A stretch of DNA of 64,000 nucleotides from Candidatus Levyibacteriota bacterium (GCA_027459725.1 DAIDHK010000006.1:1895-65894); one strand, 5' to 3'. Positions 29,151 through 39,778 are shown, counted from the first letter of the stretch. Numbers and translations are program-made. Notes: generated by a model not told the origin, from the sequence alone.

Positions 29151-29317
29151 TTAATTTAATCTTTAGTTTATGCTCTTCTTTATAAATTAGGTATAGAGAC
29201 TTTAGTTTCTTTTGGTATCATTACAATACTTTAAATACTCAATTCTTTAGTTTTACGAATTATTATATGCAGATTGTTAAAGAGTGTTTTTTTTACATTT
29301 AGTATCACTAGTATATA

Positions 29318-29644
29318 TTGACAAGTCTTCTGTTAACCCTCTATTATAATTATGTTATGGCAAAAAGGAGAGCTGCTGTTAAAAAAGCAAAAAGTAGAAA
29401 AGTTAGTGTCAAAAGTTCATCGTATTCAAGTAGTCATCATGATAATAATACATTATTGTTAATTCTGGCAGGAGTAGTTGTGGTTATTTTATGCTTGTAT
29501 TTGCTAGGCATGATTAAGTTTAATCAATTTAATGCAAATCAATATATGTCAGGAAATCAAATGTTTCGTAATAATGTTCAATACAACGTCAATCAAGAAA
29601 CAGTCATGCCATCTCCTGCTAAAGATTCACTCCAACATCCTTAA
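29318..29644 (+). CDS. Small basic membrane protein
   Basis: 108 aa with a basic N-terminus and one TM helix. No similarity recognised. Confidence 0.3.
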   Translation: MTSLLLTLYYNYVMAKRRAAVKKAKSRKVSVKSSSYSSSHHDNNTLLLILAGVVVVILCLYLLGMIKFNQFNANQYMSGNQMFRNNVQYNVNQETVMPSPAKDSLQHP

Positions 29645-31049
29645 AATCCAGTTGAGATAGCAACTTTATCGAATTTAAATTTTTCTCATGGTTAAAAAAT
29701 CTGCGTAATATGTTATAAATATCTAAATCAAATTCGACATCTTTGATGAAATCTTTTGTATTGCCGCTTTCATCCACACGCACATCTCCGAAATAGCACC
29801 ATTTATCTACCAAGAAATATTCCAGTTTATTAGTAAAAATATTTCGCTCTTCAATAGCTATGGGTCCCCTAAATGGCCATGGTTTTACTTTTAACCCAGA
29901 GAATGCAGTTGTGAAGCGTAGTAAATACTTTACGACTGATTCTTTTTTTACGCAGGCACCTTTACATGTACCCAATCTGTGTGCAAAACAACTGCCTGGG
30001 GTTTTTTCAAGACCCAGAAGTTTTTCACACAAATTATACTCTTTTACCATGCGTGCTAGATATGTTTTGGCTTGTCTTCTCGAACGGAAAAAACCTATGA
30101 ATTTATCCAACGCAGAGGCCTCTAATTTGTTAAGAACCTTCAAGGATACAACAGGATAACCGCTTGGATCTGTTTCTCTATATAGACCAATTAGCTCTGT
30201 TTGACGACGCAATTGTCGGTTATACAAAGGCAAAAGTTTTTTAATTAATTTTGACTCGGTAAAAAGTGCCCCTAATTCGCCAGCGGTAGTAATAGTTTCT
30301 ATATTCCTTACTTGTTGGCTCATTTGCATTTCTATACTTGATCGGATGTCAGCATTGAAATGAGAGAGAATTCTTTCGTGAATATTTTTACTTTTACCAA
30401 CATAAAGAGGTATATTCTCTTGTCCATAAAAAATATAAACACCAGGTAGTTCTGGGAGGCTATCTATATCGGCCTGTTTTAATTGCGAGGGAAGAGATGG
30501 TCTATTCATAGCTACTTTTAATGCTGACATAAATTTTTCAGTTGGGAATAGATGCTGAACTTTTTGATAAAATTGATAAATTAAAAAAGCATCTGAATAT
30601 GCACGGTGTCTTTTATCACAGGATAATTGCATTCGATTCATCACGGCGTCTAAATTATGATGACGTTCTTCCGGAAATAGATTACGCGATAGTTTAACCG
30701 TACAGCACTGTTTGGCAGTAAAAGAAATTTCTTCACGATTAAATTCATGCTTAATAAAGCCATAATCAAATCTAGCATTGTGAGCACAAAAAACAGCATC
30801 TTTCAATAACTCGAATACTTTGTCTTTAATATCATGAAAAGTTGGCTGATTTTCCAGATCTCCAGCACGAATACCGGTGAGCATTTCTATTTCTGGAGGT
30901 AAATAACGTTGTGGATTAAGGAGTTGGTTGTAAGTCTCGATTATCTTATTATTTTCTACACGAACAATCCCTATCTCGATTACTCGGTCATAAGGAAAAC
31001 GTGTCCCAGTAGTTTCTAAATCAACAAAAGCAATCTTGGCAGGCAACAT
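29619..31049 (-). CDS. DnaQ-like 3'-5' exonuclease fused to GIY-YIG (Cho/UvrC-N-like) nuclease domain
   Basis: N-terminus: FVDLETTG (Exo I), FCAHNARFDYGF (Exo II) and HRAYSDA (Exo III) of DEDDh exonucleases. Centre: GVYIFYGQENIPLYVGKSKNIHERILSHF, the GIY-YIG motif. C-terminus: a Cys-rich UvrC-like region. 476 aa. Confidence 0.75.
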   Translation of the reverse strand: MLPAKIAFVDLETTGTRFPYDRVIEIGIVRVENNKIIETYNQLLNPQRYLPPEIEMLTGIRAGDLENQPTFHDIKDKVFELLKDAVFCAHNARFDYGFIKHEFNREEISFTAKQCCTVKLSRNLFPEERHHNLDAVMNRMQLSCDKRHRAYSDAFLIYQFYQKVQHLFPTEKFMSALKVAMNRPSLPSQLKQADIDSLPELPGVYIFYGQENIPLYVGKSKNIHERILSHFNADIRSSIEMQMSQQVRNIETITTAGELGALFTESKLIKKLLPLYNRQLRRQTELIGLYRETDPSGYPVVSLKVLNKLEASALDKFIGFFRSRRQAKTYLARMVKEYNLCEKLLGLEKTPGSCFAHRLGTCKGACVKKESVVKYLLRFTTAFSGLKVKPWPFRGPIAIEERNIFTNKLEYFLVDKWCYFGDVRVDESGNTKDFIKDVEFDLDIYNILRRFFNHEKNLNSIKLLSQLDFKDVGVNL

Positions 31050-31255
31050 AAGTTAAAATATTTTAAATAAAAGTCTGTGTTTAAACTTGAGATCTGGCTA
31101 TAATTCTGAAAAACTTCACAATCGATTAGTTTATGAAAAGTGGATACATACTAGCAAAAATAGATAGTAATGACAATGATTGTAATGTAATAAAACTTTA
31201 AGTTAAATAAAGCTGAGTTTGCAGTTTATCTATCTTTATGAAATGCTGATGAGAC

Positions 31256-33019
31256 ATGATGATACTATTCTTTTTTGCATTTCTTTCTGGATTAGTTACC
31301 ATATTTGCTCCTTGTATTTGGCCTTTATTGCCTATTATTTTAGCTTCTTCCTCCCAGAGTAAGGGGCATTGGCGTCCCTTAGGAGTGACTCTTGGATTGA
31401 TGCTTAGCTTTGCTTTCTTTACACTCTCAATTTCTTGGTTAATTAGTCTTTTCCACTTAGATCCTAATATCTTGCGTTGGTTTGCAGTAGTCATATTGTT
31501 TATTCTTGGGTTGGCAATGGTAATTCCCGCATTTTCAAGATTACTGGAAGGGTGGATTAGCCGTTTTAGTGGTAAATTCTCAATCGTATCTGGTTCAGAT
31601 AAGAATGAGTTTTGGTCTGGTTTTTTATTGGGTGTGTCTTTAGGTATCGTCTGGACACCTTGTGCAGGTCCTGTTTTTGCAACTGTTGCAACTTTGGCTG
31701 CTGTCGGGAACGTTTCTTTGACTTTGATATCTATCTCTCTCTTTTATGTACTGGGTGTAGGTATACCTTTGTTTATCTTTGCATATGGTGGAAGTCTGTT
31801 ACTGTCCAAAACTCGATCATTCTCAAAATATACTCTGATTGTACAAAGAATATTTGGTATTCTAGTAATTTTAATTTCTTTGGCAATTGCTACTAATTAC
31901 GACAAAGTAGTGGAGAATGATCTGTTAAATCTATTTCCAGCTTTAACTAACGGGGTAGAGAACATTGACAATAATCATGCTGTAATAAGTCAGTTGAATA
32001 AGCTAAAACATCCGGGTCAACAGTCAAGCAGCGTGTCAAATTTTAATACACAGTCTCTGTTAAACACAGATTATCCGGCTCCAGGATTAAATGGAGGAAC
32101 AGCTTGGCTGAATAATCCGAATGGGGCAGCTACCAATAGTAAACCGATAACTATGAAACAATTGCGTGGCAAGGTTGTACTTATTGATTTTTGGACATAC
32201 ACATGTATCAATTGTATTCGGACTTTGCCTCATGTAACCACGTGGTATAACAAATATCATAAAGATGGTTTTGTTGTGATTGGTGTACATACTCCTGAAT
32301 TTGCTTTTGAGCACGATACATACAATGTGTTGAATGCAATCAAAATGTTCAATATTCACTATCCCGTAGTGCAGGATAACAATTACACGATATGGAACGC
32401 TTACAACAATGAATATTGGCCGGCTGAGTATTTGATTGATGCCAATGGTAACGTAAGGCGAACAGATTTTGGTGAGGGACAGTATACTCAGATGGAAGAA
32501 GCGATTCAGTTGTTGCTGAAAGATGCTGGCAAAAAAGTGAATAACGACTTGTCTTCAGTTCCTGATAAAACACCACAGGCCCAAACATCACCCGAAACGT
32601 ATATAGGTTCAGACCGTGTAGAATATTATTATCCCAACGGTTCATATCCTGGTGGAATGTATCACTTTGTGCTGCAGAGTCCCAGTTCGAATTCATTTAG
32701 TTTGGGTGGTACATGGGACATTTATAATCAATTCGGTCAGACAGTAGGCAAGACTGAATTGCAATATAACTTCTTAGCGCAGCATGTTTACCTAGTTTTG
32801 TCTGCTGGTTTGAATAAATCAGCTATTGTAAAAGTTTTTTTGGATGGTAATCAAATCTCTGATTCAGAAGCAGGTAGTGATGTACAGAATGGAGTAGTGA
32901 ATGTTAATACTGATCGGTTGTATAATTTGGTTGATTTGCATGGTAATACTGAAAACCATATTTTGCGTCTGGAATTTGAAACATCCGGTACCCAAGTCTT
33001 CGCGTTCACATTTGGATAA
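31256..33019 (+). CDS. DipZ-like protein: CcdA/DsbD-type membrane domain + thioredoxin-fold (CxxC) domain + extra C-terminal domain
   Basis: TM region with paired Cys (FAPCIWP... TPCAGP), a periplasmic redoxin domain with WTYTCINCIRTLP, then a further ~150 aa beta-rich C-terminal region. Confidence 0.7.
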   Translation: MMILFFFAFLSGLVTIFAPCIWPLLPIILASSSQSKGHWRPLGVTLGLMLSFAFFTLSISWLISLFHLDPNILRWFAVVILFILGLAMVIPAFSRLLEGWISRFSGKFSIVSGSDKNEFWSGFLLGVSLGIVWTPCAGPVFATVATLAAVGNVSLTLISISLFYVLGVGIPLFIFAYGGSLLLSKTRSFSKYTLIVQRIFGILVILISLAIATNYDKVVENDLLNLFPALTNGVENIDNNHAVISQLNKLKHPGQQSSSVSNFNTQSLLNTDYPAPGLNGGTAWLNNPNGAATNSKPITMKQLRGKVVLIDFWTYTCINCIRTLPHVTTWYNKYHKDGFVVIGVHTPEFAFEHDTYNVLNAIKMFNIHYPVVQDNNYTIWNAYNNEYWPAEYLIDANGNVRRTDFGEGQYTQMEEAIQLLLKDAGKKVNNDLSSVPDKTPQAQTSPETYIGSDRVEYYYPNGSYPGGMYHFVLQSPSSNSFSLGGTWDIYNQFGQTVGKTELQYNFLAQHVYLVLSAGLNKSAIVKVFLDGNQISDSEAGSDVQNGVVNVNTDRLYNLVDLHGNTENHILRLEFETSGTQVFAFTFG

Positions 33020-33047
33020 TAATTGATAATTTGTATTCTCATGTAAA

Positions 33048-34517
33048 GTGTTTATACTAATACATATGGACCATAATACAGAAATTAATACATCTGAAAT
33101 TAGTGAACATAATCCTGAATCTCCTGAAAATTCTGAAGCCAATAATCCAATATTTGCGGAAAATAGTTCGATTAATAGGATAGTACCACCCAATGCATTT
33201 AATAGGAGAAGTGAAATTAAAATATATCGTAAAAGGGGTGAAGAAGATGTGGATATTCCAAAAAAGTCGGAGATAAAGTGGGGTAGAAAGATATTCCCGC
33301 TAGCATTATTTGGAACTCATTTGCATCAAAATATTACCAGTAAAGTTACAGGAACAGAGCATACATACAATAGCACTGCTGAAAATGAGTTTCTGGATGC
33401 AAATCCTGCATTGAAACAAAATTGGCCAGAAATATTGGAATATGTAAATGGTAAGACTTCAGAACTTCTAGATCCTGAAGGTAAAAATGTCTGGATTGCC
33501 AAGGTTAGGTTTCTTCTCTCAAAAAATCAATGGCGCGCTGCCCGTGAAATGAATAAAGCGTTAAAGAAAGATGATATTACTGAAGAAGAGTTATCGAAGA
33601 TGTTAAGAGGAATAGATTATGGTAAATCGCTAAATACTTCTTTGGAGTCAAATGGATATATGCTTGATTTTCTTCGTCATAGACGTAAAAGAAAAGCTTT
33701 TGTAGGAAGCACAGCGGAAGCTGATTTGATTGGTTGTTTGGTACTTAAGCCACAATATGCTTGGATAGCTGAAACTTTTAAAACACTGGAAAGTAGTAAA
33801 AATGGAAAATTCAATTTTTTGAACTTTGAAAAATTAAGAGAAGAAGAAATATCTGTGAATATGCCAAATGTTTCAGGTAAAATAGATGTGAGTAAAATTA
33901 GTTACGAAAGTTTTTTTACTCATGTAATAGATGCCATATTAGATGATGGAATTAAATTAGATTTAGTTGAAATCAAGACTGCTTCAATACCTCAAGGTTC
34001 TCAAGTTAACTCGGAAGAAATAAAGAAAAAACATCAACATGATATTTCTCATACATTGCGAGTTTTGTTGAATTTTTTCGGTGGTTTTTATGCTTTAGAA
34101 CGCTTGGATTACGAACTTGAAGCTGATGAAGTACAAAAACATCTTAATGCACTACAACAAGACAATTCAGAAAATGATTCAATATCTGACTTGCAAAAAT
34201 TGAGCGAGAAAATATATACTAATCAGCGATACAAACAAGCAGTTGAAACAAAGCTCAGAAAATTGATTTCAAACATAGATACACATATCATTTCCGTGCT
34301 TATTCCTAATTTAAGATCTGATATTCCAAAAGAAAGAGTTAGGACCGGATTGCTACAGCCTTCAGATTTCGTTGCTATTTTACCCGAAGATGTCTCTATT
34401 GAAAAAATAAGCATAGACTTCAGGGGAGATGAGAGAGTCATAAAAAGTTTTGGAATTGCCGATTATGTCGCTCATTATAGAAGACAGATGCAACCCCCAA
34501 GAGTTTATGCAGCTTGA
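33048..34517 (+). CDS. Large acidic hypothetical protein (orphan, no recognisable domain)
   Basis: 489 aa, no TM or signal peptide, no motif I can assign. The ORF is continuous and sits in a codon-usage-typical region. Confidence 0.4.
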   Translation: MFILIHMDHNTEINTSEISEHNPESPENSEANNPIFAENSSINRIVPPNAFNRRSEIKIYRKRGEEDVDIPKKSEIKWGRKIFPLALFGTHLHQNITSKVTGTEHTYNSTAENEFLDANPALKQNWPEILEYVNGKTSELLDPEGKNVWIAKVRFLLSKNQWRAAREMNKALKKDDITEEELSKMLRGIDYGKSLNTSLESNGYMLDFLRHRRKRKAFVGSTAEADLIGCLVLKPQYAWIAETFKTLESSKNGKFNFLNFEKLREEEISVNMPNVSGKIDVSKISYESFFTHVIDAILDDGIKLDLVEIKTASIPQGSQVNSEEIKKKHQHDISHTLRVLLNFFGGFYALERLDYELEADEVQKHLNALQQDNSENDSISDLQKLSEKIYTNQRYKQAVETKLRKLISNIDTHIISVLIPNLRSDIPKERVRTGLLQPSDFVAILPEDVSIEKISIDFRGDERVIKSFGIADYVAHYRRQMQPPRVYAA

Positions 34518-34555
34518 GACTGGTCAGTTAAAAATAAATCCTTTATACTAATTTA

Positions 34556-36241
34556 ATGGGGACTATTTTTTTAGACATTACCGTCATTATTTGTGTAGCA
34601 GCAGGACTCTCATTGATTTTTCGTTTATTCGATCAGCCCGCCATTTTAGCATACATTCTAACTGGAGTGCTACTTGGACCATTGGGTCTGTTCCATATTG
34701 CAAGTACCTCGGATCTTCAATCCTTCGGTTATGTGGGAATCACTCTGCTGCTTTTTATGTTAGGTCTGGAGTTGAGATTAAAAGAACTTGCCTCAATAGG
34801 CAAGACTGCTATTGTCATAGCTATTTTACAGATGTGGTTTACATTTGTCATTTCCTTCATTACTCTACGTATCCTGGATTATACCATTACTCCTGCTTTT
34901 TTTACTGCTATTGCTTTAACTTTTTCTAGTACTGTAATTTTAGTAAAAATATTTTCAGATAAAAAAGACCTAAACAGCCTGCATGGTAAATTAGCAATCG
35001 GTATCTCCCTAACCCAGGATTTAGCGGCAATAATTCTGTTAGTATTTCTATCTAACAATAAAATCTCATTGTCTCCGCTTAGCTTGACAGAAGAGATAGG
35101 TACTTTAGTAATAAAGATTGTTATAGTTTTCGCTATAATAACTTTTTTGAGTTACAGCATATTTCCAAAAATAACTCGTTATATTGCACGTTCTACAGAG
35201 TCATTATTCTTATTTAGTCTTGCTTGGGTATTTTTATTGACAGCTGTTTTAGCTTCACCATGGATTGGCTTTTCCATCGAAATAGGTGGGTTTTTGGCTG
35301 GCCTTGCATTGGCTAATACGAACGAGACATATCAGATTGTAGGTAGGATGAAACCTTTACGTGACTTTTTCATTACTATCTTTTTTGTCATGCTGGGGTT
35401 GCAAATGACCTTTGCCCATGTTTTTTCAATTTTACCTATGGTTCTAATTCTGTCTATCCTTGCCTTAATAGTAAAACCTGTTATATTAATATTACTTGCA
35501 AGTGCATTTGGTTTTCGTAAAAGAACTTCATTTTTAGTAAGTGTTAGTCTTGGACAAATTTCTGAGTTCAGTTTGCTTGTAGTATTCTTGGTGAGTAGTC
35601 TGCTTACTCCGGACGTAGTGACTACGATTGTTCTAGCAGGTCTTGTGTCATTTGCTATATCATCTTATGTTACTCAAAACAATAATTTTTTCTATAAGTT
35701 AGTAGGTGATAAATTAACATTTCTTGAAAGTTCACACATTCATCATCTGCAAGATGGAGAAAATAAGGAAGAATTATTAAATTTTAAAAACCACTTGGTA
35801 ATTATTGGTGGTCATCAGATGGGTAATAGTGTATTGGAATCTTTAGAAAAAGATGAAGATGTAGTTGTAGTTGATTTCGATCCAGATGTAGTCAGGAGAC
35901 TTCGCCAGAAAGGTGTTAAAGCATTCTTTGGTGATATAGCAGATCCGGAAATACAGGATAGAGCAGGGTTGGATAGAGCCCGGTTGGTTATATCAACTGT
36001 CCCTGATGTAGAAGATAATTTATTACTTATAGAACGTCTAAATAAAGAAAATAAAAGAGCCAAAATTATTGTTATGTGTTATGAAATCGATGATGCAAAG
36101 AGACTCTATAAATCTGGTGCTGATTATGTGGTATTGCCTCATTTAGCAGGTGGTAGGCATCTTGCAAAAGTATTAAAAAATGAAGAATTAGATGAATTTG
36201 AAAAGTACAAGAACAAAGATCTTCAATACTTCAAGATCTAA
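34556..36241 (+). CDS. Cation:proton antiporter (CPA2, KefB/Kch-like) with C-terminal TrkA-N/RCK domain
   Basis: 12-13 TM Na_H_Exchanger-type membrane domain; C-terminal Rossmann region HLVIIGGHQMGNSVLESLEKDEDVVVVDFD...AFFGDIADPE. Confidence 0.8.
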   Translation: MGTIFLDITVIICVAAGLSLIFRLFDQPAILAYILTGVLLGPLGLFHIASTSDLQSFGYVGITLLLFMLGLELRLKELASIGKTAIVIAILQMWFTFVISFITLRILDYTITPAFFTAIALTFSSTVILVKIFSDKKDLNSLHGKLAIGISLTQDLAAIILLVFLSNNKISLSPLSLTEEIGTLVIKIVIVFAIITFLSYSIFPKITRYIARSTESLFLFSLAWVFLLTAVLASPWIGFSIEIGGFLAGLALANTNETYQIVGRMKPLRDFFITIFFVMLGLQMTFAHVFSILPMVLILSILALIVKPVILILLASAFGFRKRTSFLVSVSLGQISEFSLLVVFLVSSLLTPDVVTTIVLAGLVSFAISSYVTQNNNFFYKLVGDKLTFLESSHIHHLQDGENKEELLNFKNHLVIIGGHQMGNSVLESLEKDEDVVVVDFDPDVVRRLRQKGVKAFFGDIADPEIQDRAGLDRARLVISTVPDVEDNLLLIERLNKENKRAKIIVMCYEIDDAKRLYKSGADYVVLPHLAGGRHLAKVLKNEELDEFEKYKNKDLQYFKI

Positions 36242-36317
36242 AGAATTTTGGCTGCTTCTTACATATATTTTACAATTCCCACACTTCAATATAAGCTCTA
36301 TAAGCTAATATACAGAG

Positions 36318-37061
36318 GTGAAATTCCGTAAACCTATTTTATATCTAGTTATAATATCTTTCGTATTTACATTTAGTTTTTTTCCGCCATCTATTCTAGC
36401 TCAAACTAAAAATGAGGGTGGACGCAGAATAATAAGACTTGATGCTACTCCTTTTCCTACTACAGAGTTATCACCAAGTCCGTCAGTATCATCTTCTCCC
36501 ACTCCTAGTCCCGATGTTTCTCCGTCACCTTCTCTACAACCATCTCCGAGTGTAGACCCTACGGTAACACCTTCATCGGTACTTATTGATACTCCAACTC
36601 CGTCAAATACACCCTCTGTTACACCCACCCCTTCCGCTCCAACACCCACACCATCTCCTATGAGCCCTACACCAACTCCGGTTCCACCTGTAATTTATCC
36701 ACAATCTGAAGTCACAGTATCACCTACACCTGCTGTATTAGGTATTTCACAACAAACCACTCCAACGCCTCAGTTGCAGATAACTCCTACACCCACTACT
36801 GCTCCCTTGTTGCAAAGGACTTTACCAAAACTTATGGAACTCTTAAATTACGGTAATAAGACTGAGTTTTATGGACAAACAGGTTTTACTACGCAAGAGA
36901 CTAGGGTGCTTGTGTCTGTGGCGCTGTTTCTTCTGTTAGCAGGTATATATTTATTCTACTACGAAAAAATAATTTCATTTTTTAATTATTTACAAAATAA
37001 ATTGTCTTCTATGACTAATGATAGACATCTAGATCATATTGTTTTCCCTTTACATAAATGA
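36318..37061 (+). CDS. Secreted Pro/Thr/Ser-rich low-complexity surface protein with C-terminal TM anchor
   Basis: Signal peptide, about 120 aa of (S/T)P(S/T) repeats, C-terminal hydrophobic anchor VSVALFLLLAGIYLFYY. Confidence 0.5.
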   Translation: MKFRKPILYLVIISFVFTFSFFPPSILAQTKNEGGRRIIRLDATPFPTTELSPSPSVSSSPTPSPDVSPSPSLQPSPSVDPTVTPSSVLIDTPTPSNTPSVTPTPSAPTPTPSPMSPTPTPVPPVIYPQSEVTVSPTPAVLGISQQTTPTPQLQITPTPTTAPLLQRTLPKLMELLNYGNKTEFYGQTGFTTQETRVLVSVALFLLLAGIYLFYYEKIISFFNYLQNKLSSMTNDRHLDHIVFPLHK

Positions 37062-38245
37062 TGAATATGAGAAAGTATATAGGATTAGGTTTAATTATAT
37101 TAGCTGTGATTGTTTTACTTGGAGTGTGGTACATTAATTCTCCTTATAGCTCAACCACTAGAACTTTTTCTGCTTATACCTTACTGAATTCGTCATTTCA
37201 AAAGTATAAATCTCAATTTATTAATTCTGATGGTAGAGTAATTGACTATTCCCAAGGCTCTATTACTACATCAGAAGGTCAAAGTTATGCCATGTTGCGT
37301 GCAGTTTGGACAGATGATACCGTGACATTTGCCAAAGTTTGGAATTGGACAAAAAATGATTTACAGCATAAATCAGGTGATCATTTATTCGAGTGGCGTT
37401 GGGGTAAGCGTAGTGATGGTACTTATGGTGCTTTATCTGGGGGAGGTAATAATAGTGCGACTGATGCGGATGAAGATATTGCTTTGGCATTAATATTAGC
37501 TGGACATCGTTGGAACAACCAGACATATTTAAATGAAGCTGCTCAGATAATACCTGATATTTGGAAGTACGAAACTGCTGAAGCTAATGGACATAGATAT
37601 ATAACCGCTGGAAATTGGGCTGTCAACGGAAATGAAATTGTGATGAACCCATCATATTTTGCTCCTTATGAATATAGAATCTTTGCCAATATTGATACTA
37701 AGGATAATTGGAAGTCGTTGATTAATCCAGGATATCAAATGCTAAACAATGTCGGTAGTGCTGCATTTAATACAGGCTCAGGAGTTGGTTTACCTCCAGA
37801 TTGGTTTACTATGCAGAAAGATAATGGTACTATCAAAGTTGCCTCTATTCCTAATGCAGACAGTAATTATTCGTTTGACGCTATCAGAGTTCCTTTTCGT
37901 GTTGCGCTTGATTATTTCTGGAACAAAGATCCACAGGCGAAAGAGTATCTTCTAAAAAATTATAGTTTTCTGTTAAGTCAGTATGAAAAAACCAATCAGT
38001 TAGTTTCAGGATATACTCACAATGGCAAACCTCTAGATAATAATCAAAATCCTGATATGTACTCAACTAGTATAGGTTATTTTATGATCGCTGATCCGCA
38101 GATAGCTAAGGATATATATAACAACAAGATTATTAAACTATATTCCAATGACAGTAATAGTTTCAATTCCAATCTGGGCTATTACGAACAAAACTGGTTA
38201 TGGTTTGGTGCTGCAATGTATAACAACGCATTGCCTTATTACTAA
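37058..38245 (+). CDS. Glycoside hydrolase family 8 (endo-beta-1,4-glucanase, BcsZ-like)
   Basis: TSEGQSYAML (catalytic Glu region) and SATDADEDIALALILAGHRW (GH8 signature ATDxDxxIAxxLL). N-terminal signal anchor. Confidence 0.75.
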   Translation: MMNMRKYIGLGLIILAVIVLLGVWYINSPYSSTTRTFSAYTLLNSSFQKYKSQFINSDGRVIDYSQGSITTSEGQSYAMLRAVWTDDTVTFAKVWNWTKNDLQHKSGDHLFEWRWGKRSDGTYGALSGGGNNSATDADEDIALALILAGHRWNNQTYLNEAAQIIPDIWKYETAEANGHRYITAGNWAVNGNEIVMNPSYFAPYEYRIFANIDTKDNWKSLINPGYQMLNNVGSAAFNTGSGVGLPPDWFTMQKDNGTIKVASIPNADSNYSFDAIRVPFRVALDYFWNKDPQAKEYLLKNYSFLLSQYEKTNQLVSGYTHNGKPLDNNQNPDMYSTSIGYFMIADPQIAKDIYNNKIIKLYSNDSNSFNSNLGYYEQNWLWFGAAMYNNALPYY

Positions 38246-38247
38246 AT

Positions 38248-39771
38248 ATGGAAAAGTTTAAAGTTAATTATTCCCGTTTACAAAAAAATATTTTAATTCT
38301 CACTATGGCGTGGGGAATAATTTATTATAGTTGGTGGTTTCAATTCTATAATGCGGGTAATTTAATTTTATACTCGTTACTTTTTATTGGGGAGACTTAC
38401 CATATTATCATGGCTTTTCTTTTCTGGCACACTGTCTGGCCAAAACGAAATAAGAATAAAACAATAAACTTGCCTAATGAATTTTTGAAGGAAGCCTCGG
38501 TTGCAATTTTAATTCCAGTTGTTTCAGAGCCTGTATATGTAGTTGAACAGACTATATTACATGCCAAAGCTATTAACTATAAAAATAAAAAAATTTATGT
38601 CTTGAATGATGGTTATGTAGCGTCCAATCCAAATTGGCAGGATTATGAAGAATTGTGTGAACGATTAAGTGTAAAAATAATTACTAGGAGATTACCCGGT
38701 GGTGCAAAAGCGGGTAATATAAATCATGCATTGACCAAGTTAAAAGAGGATTATTTGGCTATTTTCGATGCAGATATGAAGCCAAAAGAGGATTTTTTGA
38801 GTAAGACTATGCTCCATTTTGCAGATAGAAAGGTTGCTTTTGTCCAAACGCCACAATATTATGAAAATTACTCAGAAAATCAAGTTACCATGGGTGCCTG
38901 GGAACAGCAAGATTTTTTCTTTGGACCAATTATGGTTGGTAAAAATCACTATAATGCTTCGTTTCTTTGTGGGACTAACTTCGTTATCAGGAAAAAAACA
39001 TTACAGGAAATAGGTGGTTTTAATGAAAAAAATATAGCTGAGGATTTTATTACATCATTGAGGATTCATCAGCAAGGATGGAGGAGTATTTATGTCCCAG
39101 AGGTTTTAGCGAGTGGGTATGCGCCATTTGATTTAGGCGCATACTACAAACAACAACTCCGGTGGGCAAGAGGCTCGTTGGAAGTATTATTACTGCATAA
39201 TCCATTATTTATACGTCATCTTACTGCCTCTCAGAAGTTGCAGTATTTATCATCAGCGCTTTTCTATTTTAATGGGGTAGTGGTGCTAATTGATATGGTA
39301 ATTCCTCTGCTATTTTTATTTTTTGGCTTACAACCGGTAGGAGTCTCGACAACCCAATTTTCGTTATATTTTATACCTTATATTTTATTAAGCCTATACA
39401 ATATTTATCAGGTTTCGGACGGCACGATTACTTTTCGGTCATTTTCTTTCACTCAATCAAGTTTCTATCTACAATTAGTTGCTCTGTGGTCTATTTTAAC
39501 CGGTAAAAAAATGGGGTTTGTGGTTACTGATAAAGAACAGAAAGTGGGAAGAAGTTATCTTATGTTATGTTTACCTCATTTTATGTATATCGCGATCTCT
39601 GTATTTGCAATCTCTTGGGGTTATTTCAACCGAGGGTTAAATCCTGCTTTTATTGCAAATGTTGCATGGGTACTATTTAATGTAGTTCTATTTATACCAT
39701 TTATATTATCTAGCATAAGTTGGAAAAAATCTATTAATATTAATAAATCATTCCAAACCTCCTTAACTTAA
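38248..39771 (+). CDS. Processive GT2 beta-glycan synthase (cellulose-synthase BcsA-like catalytic subunit)
   Basis: DAD (DxD), FVQTPQ, TEDF-like AEDF, QQLRWARG (QxxRW), flanked by multiple TM helices. Confidence 0.8.
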   Translation: MEKFKVNYSRLQKNILILTMAWGIIYYSWWFQFYNAGNLILYSLLFIGETYHIIMAFLFWHTVWPKRNKNKTINLPNEFLKEASVAILIPVVSEPVYVVEQTILHAKAINYKNKKIYVLNDGYVASNPNWQDYEELCERLSVKIITRRLPGGAKAGNINHALTKLKEDYLAIFDADMKPKEDFLSKTMLHFADRKVAFVQTPQYYENYSENQVTMGAWEQQDFFFGPIMVGKNHYNASFLCGTNFVIRKKTLQEIGGFNEKNIAEDFITSLRIHQQGWRSIYVPEVLASGYAPFDLGAYYKQQLRWARGSLEVLLLHNPLFIRHLTASQKLQYLSSALFYFNGVVVLIDMVIPLLFLFFGLQPVGVSTTQFSLYFIPYILLSLYNIYQVSDGTITFRSFSFTQSSFYLQLVALWSILTGKKMGFVVTDKEQKVGRSYLMLCLPHFMYIAISVFAISWGYFNRGLNPAFIANVAWVLFNVVLFIPFILSSISWKKSININKSFQTSLT

Positions 39772-39778
39772 TTGAAAT

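Noticed and set aside
36401-36649. Minus-strand 82-aa Gly/Val-rich ORF
   Set aside because: It is the antisense of the PT-repeat low-complexity region of the surface-protein gene. Artefact of repeat composition.
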